Assembly: GCA_964188305.1 (NCBI GenBank)
Contig: OZ076889.1
Direction: 5' to 3' (one strand)
Source: Podarcis bocagei
Taxonomy: Eukaryota
DNA length: 64,000 bases
The position numbers and the translations under genes are program-made. Under the pieces are notes generated by a model. The model did no database searches. It saw only the letters and a program-made list of their open reading frames with translations, and was not told where the DNA came from. Positions 61,253-64,000 of this stretch are shown here, one piece after another (the stretch's first letter is position 1; each line of letters opens with the position of its first letter).

Positions 61253-62497
61253 CAGTGTTTCCCAACCTTTTTTGGGCAAAGGCACACTTGTTTCATGAAA
61301 AAAATCTCGAGGCACACCACCATGCCAGATGGGGAAAGGTCACTTTTTACCTATGTAAAAAAATATAAAAAAATAGTAACAGCATAGAAGGTAATGGTAA
61401 GCTATAACTTGTTAAGCTTATACCTAAATCCGACACTGATTGGTCTCCCTTCCAAGGCACTCGAGGTCCCACATGAAAGCGAGCCCCCAGCAAGGCCTCG
61501 ACGGCCTGCAAGGCGCTTCCCCTTGCGAGTGGGAAACGGACGGGCGGCGGCCCGAGCACGACCTGGCGCCCTCTCAGCTCAGCGAGCACGACCTGAAAGC
61601 TCTGGCCGCCTCCCTGCACGCCCTCCCGGACCTGGAGTACGGCGGCAGCAGCGCGCCTCCTTCGACGGGCCCCGACGGCAACCACGAGCGGCCCCGTCGG
61701 CGGGCCTCGGCGGCGGACCTCCTGCAGGACAGCTCCAGCTTCGCGCCGGACTACGAGGGCTTCGAGTACCGGGGCGACCCTTACGAGGAGGTGGAGCCGC
61801 TGCGGAACCTGCCTGCCTTTGAAGCGTGCTCGCCGGCCTCGTCTGAGTCCAGCATCGACATCTGCTTCCTGAGGCCCGTCCACTTCACCAACGAGCCCGG
61901 CAGGACGGAGCGCACGCTGCAGCTGCTGCCCAAGAGCGCGGCGCCGACGCCGCAAGCCAGCGGCACCTACAAGCACGAGGTTTTCCGCAGCAAAGGCAAG
62001 CAGCTGAGCCGCTCGCTCAAGGAGTTCCCGCGCAGCAGTGGAGGCGGCGGCGGCTCCGAAGGCATCGCCAGCACCAGGCTGTACAGCACCCGCAGCAGCA
62101 GCGGCAGCCGCCTGCCGGCCCCAACGGAGAGGGGCTTCCCGGCCCACGGCGCCCCCTCCGCCGCCTCCCGGAGCTCCCAGCGGCACCACTTCCCGCCGCC
62201 GAGAGGAGCGGGCGACCAGCCCAGCTTTCTGGAAGTAAGGAGAGCAAAAGGCAAGGGCAAAGGCGCTTCCTAGCCAGGGTCTAAGCGTGCCTATGTGGGG
62301 CACGTTACAGCCCCGTGACGTCAGCGCCACGCAGGCAGCCAGGCAGGCAGACGGCGAGAGCCCCGCACTGGGCGGCCTCTCCTCGCTGCCGCCGCCCCGC
62401 CTCTCGCCGCCCGACTCGCCCGCCTCCCTCCCACGGCACAGCAGGCAACGTCTCGCGGCACACTAGTGTGCCGCGGAACACCGGTTGGGAAACACTG
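61253..62497. mobile_element. non-autonomous hAT (Charlie/Buster-type) carrying a captured exon (Pack-hAT)
   Basis: Perfect 15-bp TIR CAGTGTTTCCCAACC; perfect 8-bp TSD GTTTAGTC with central TA; 22-bp subterminal palindrome at 62454-62475; no transposase motifs. Confidence 0.93.
61457..62234 (+). CDS. captured 778-bp host-like coding exon (about 259 codons, Ser/Pro/Gly-rich, probably disordered); parent gene not recognised
   Basis: Stop-free frame with strong GC3 bias; acceptor CTGAT-TGGTCTCCCTTCCAAG|G and donor GAA|GTAAGG; phase 2 in, phase 0 out. Confidence 0.75.
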
Positions 62498-63796
62498 GTT
62501 TAGTCATGTCCGACTCTTCGTGACCCCCTGGACCAGAGCACGCCAGGCACTCCTGTCTTCCACTGCCTCCCGCAGTTTGGTCAAACTCATGCTGGTAGCT
62601 TCGAGAACACAGTCCAACCATCTCATCCTCTGTCGTCCCCTTCTCCTTGTGCCCTCCATCTTTCCCAACATCAGGGTCTTTTCCAGGGAGTCTTCTCTTC
62701 TCATGAAGTGGCCAAAGTACTGGAGCCTCAGCTTCAGGATCTGTCCTTCCAGTGAGCACTCAGGGCTGATTTCCTTAAGAATAGAGAGGTTTGATCTTCT
62801 TGCAGTCCATGGGACTCTCAAGAGTCTCCTCCAGCACCATAATTCAAAAGCATAAATTCTTTGGCGATCAGCCTTCTTTATGGTCCAGGTCTCACTTTAA
62901 TACATCACTACTGGGAAAACCATAACTTTAACTATACGGACCTTTGTTGGCAAGGTGATGTCTTGAGGTATCCATGATAGTATAAATACAGGGTCAGTCC
63001 TACCGTTAGACTGAATGAGGGAGGTGGCTCAGGCAGCTGGTGTTAGGGGGGTGGCAGAAGTCCTCCCACATAAGCTGAGTTCCCTAAGCTCACTTGCTCT
63101 GAACCTTCTAAGGTAATGTCCGCAGGCACGGCAGAGAATTTTGTCCTGTTTCTAACATTGAAGTAGGATTCAGCTGCCAGTCTGGTTGGATTCTATGTGT
63201 GGAACAGGGAGGGCGCCATTTTGCCTTTCACCTCAGGCACCAAAATGTCTTGGTCCAGCTCCATATTGACATGTAAAACCAAAACCCCAAAACCATCAAC
63301 ATTGTTTCTGATATAATGAATTGGCCTTGCTTTGCGCCAGCTATTTTCCATGCCTCTTTCCAGGCTTCCTCTTCTGTGCTGCCTTGGGCTCTGGCTGCTC
63401 CTATAACTGTGCTGGCAAGCCCCGATAAGTGATAAACTACCCTGCAACAATCTGGATTTATTGAAAGAAGATTCCTGTGGCCTGCATTGTTCCACTTAGT
63501 GCCAGAATGAATAAGTTGCTATTGGACTCCGCCTCCTGTCAGCTGTAGCCAGCATGGTGAATGGCTAGGAATGAAGGGAGCCATAGTTCAATACCATTTG
63601 GAGGGCTGCACCTTCAGCACCTTCATTCACATAACCGCCTGTCTCCACCTCAACAGGTGCTCATGGCTGTGTGTGCAGACCATGCCATCCAGGGCAGGTA
63701 ATGGAGCCAGGAGCCTGTTCACTAAAGCTCATGTTACTTGATGAAACCCAGCTGGGCCATTGGGAAGTATGTGTAGCCCTACCATTAGCTGGTACA

Positions 63797-64000
63797 GGGA
63801 TGCGGGTGGCGCTGTGGGTTAAACCACAGAGCTGGTCAGAAGGTCGGCGGTTCAAATCCGCGCGACGGGGTGAGCGCCCGTTGCTTGGTTCCTGCTCCTG
63901 CCAACCTAGCAGTTCAAAAGCACATCAAAGTGCAAGTAGATAAATATGTACCGCTCCGGTGGGAAGGTAAACGGCGTTTTTGTGCGCTGCTCTGGTTCGC
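63797..64000 (+). mobile_element. Sauria SINE (cut by the window end)
   Basis: GGGATGCGGGTGGCGCTGTGGGTTAAACC head; homologous to the other copies. Confidence 0.9.

Larger units (their letters stand above)
61231..62960 (-). mobile_element. Bov-B (RTE) LINE 3' fragment interrupted in its tail by a hAT element
   Basis: Tail GTTGTTGTTTAGTC at 61231-61244; body at 62506-62960 (RVPWTARRSNLSILKEISPECSLEG...); TSD TCTTGAAGT/TCTTGAGGT. Confidence 0.9.

Noticed and set aside
61457-62234. Treating the exon as a native exon of a gene spanning this window, or giving it a gene symbol
   Set aside because: It lies inside TIRs and a TSD nested in a Bov-B tail. I do not recognise the protein well enough to name it.
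61347-62330. 327-aa minus-strand ORF
   Set aside because: Antisense shadow of the GC3-rich plus-strand exon; the splice sites and codon bias favour the plus frame.

Overview
Vertebrate genomic DNA, almost certainly from a squamate reptile and probably a lacertid lizard (inferred from Sauria SINEs, Bov-B/RTE, L2, CR1, L1 and tRNA-Lys SINE content). The window looks intronic or intergenic and is rich in repeats. I recognise no native host-gene exon, and most listed ORFs are repeat-derived or spurious. There is one 174-nt assembly gap. Three features stand out. (1) A young 1,245-bp hAT (Charlie/Buster-type) element at 61253-62497 has perfect 15-bp TIRs and a perfect 8-bp TSD. It encodes no transposase but carries an intact 778-bp GC-rich coding exon with its own splice acceptor and donor, i.e. 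a Pack-hAT transduplication, and it is nested in the tail of a Bov-B copy. (2) An apparently complete 1.8-kb non-autonomous L1-like retroelement at 10999-12810 has a CpG-rich 5'UTR, a single 194-aa coiled-coil-like ORF, and a 3' end shared with an L1 fragment elsewhere in the window. (3) A 2-kb Tc2/pogo-type element at 40299-42318 is filled with two hairpin-forming GC-rich minisatellite arrays. Family names come from pattern recognition, not database searches.
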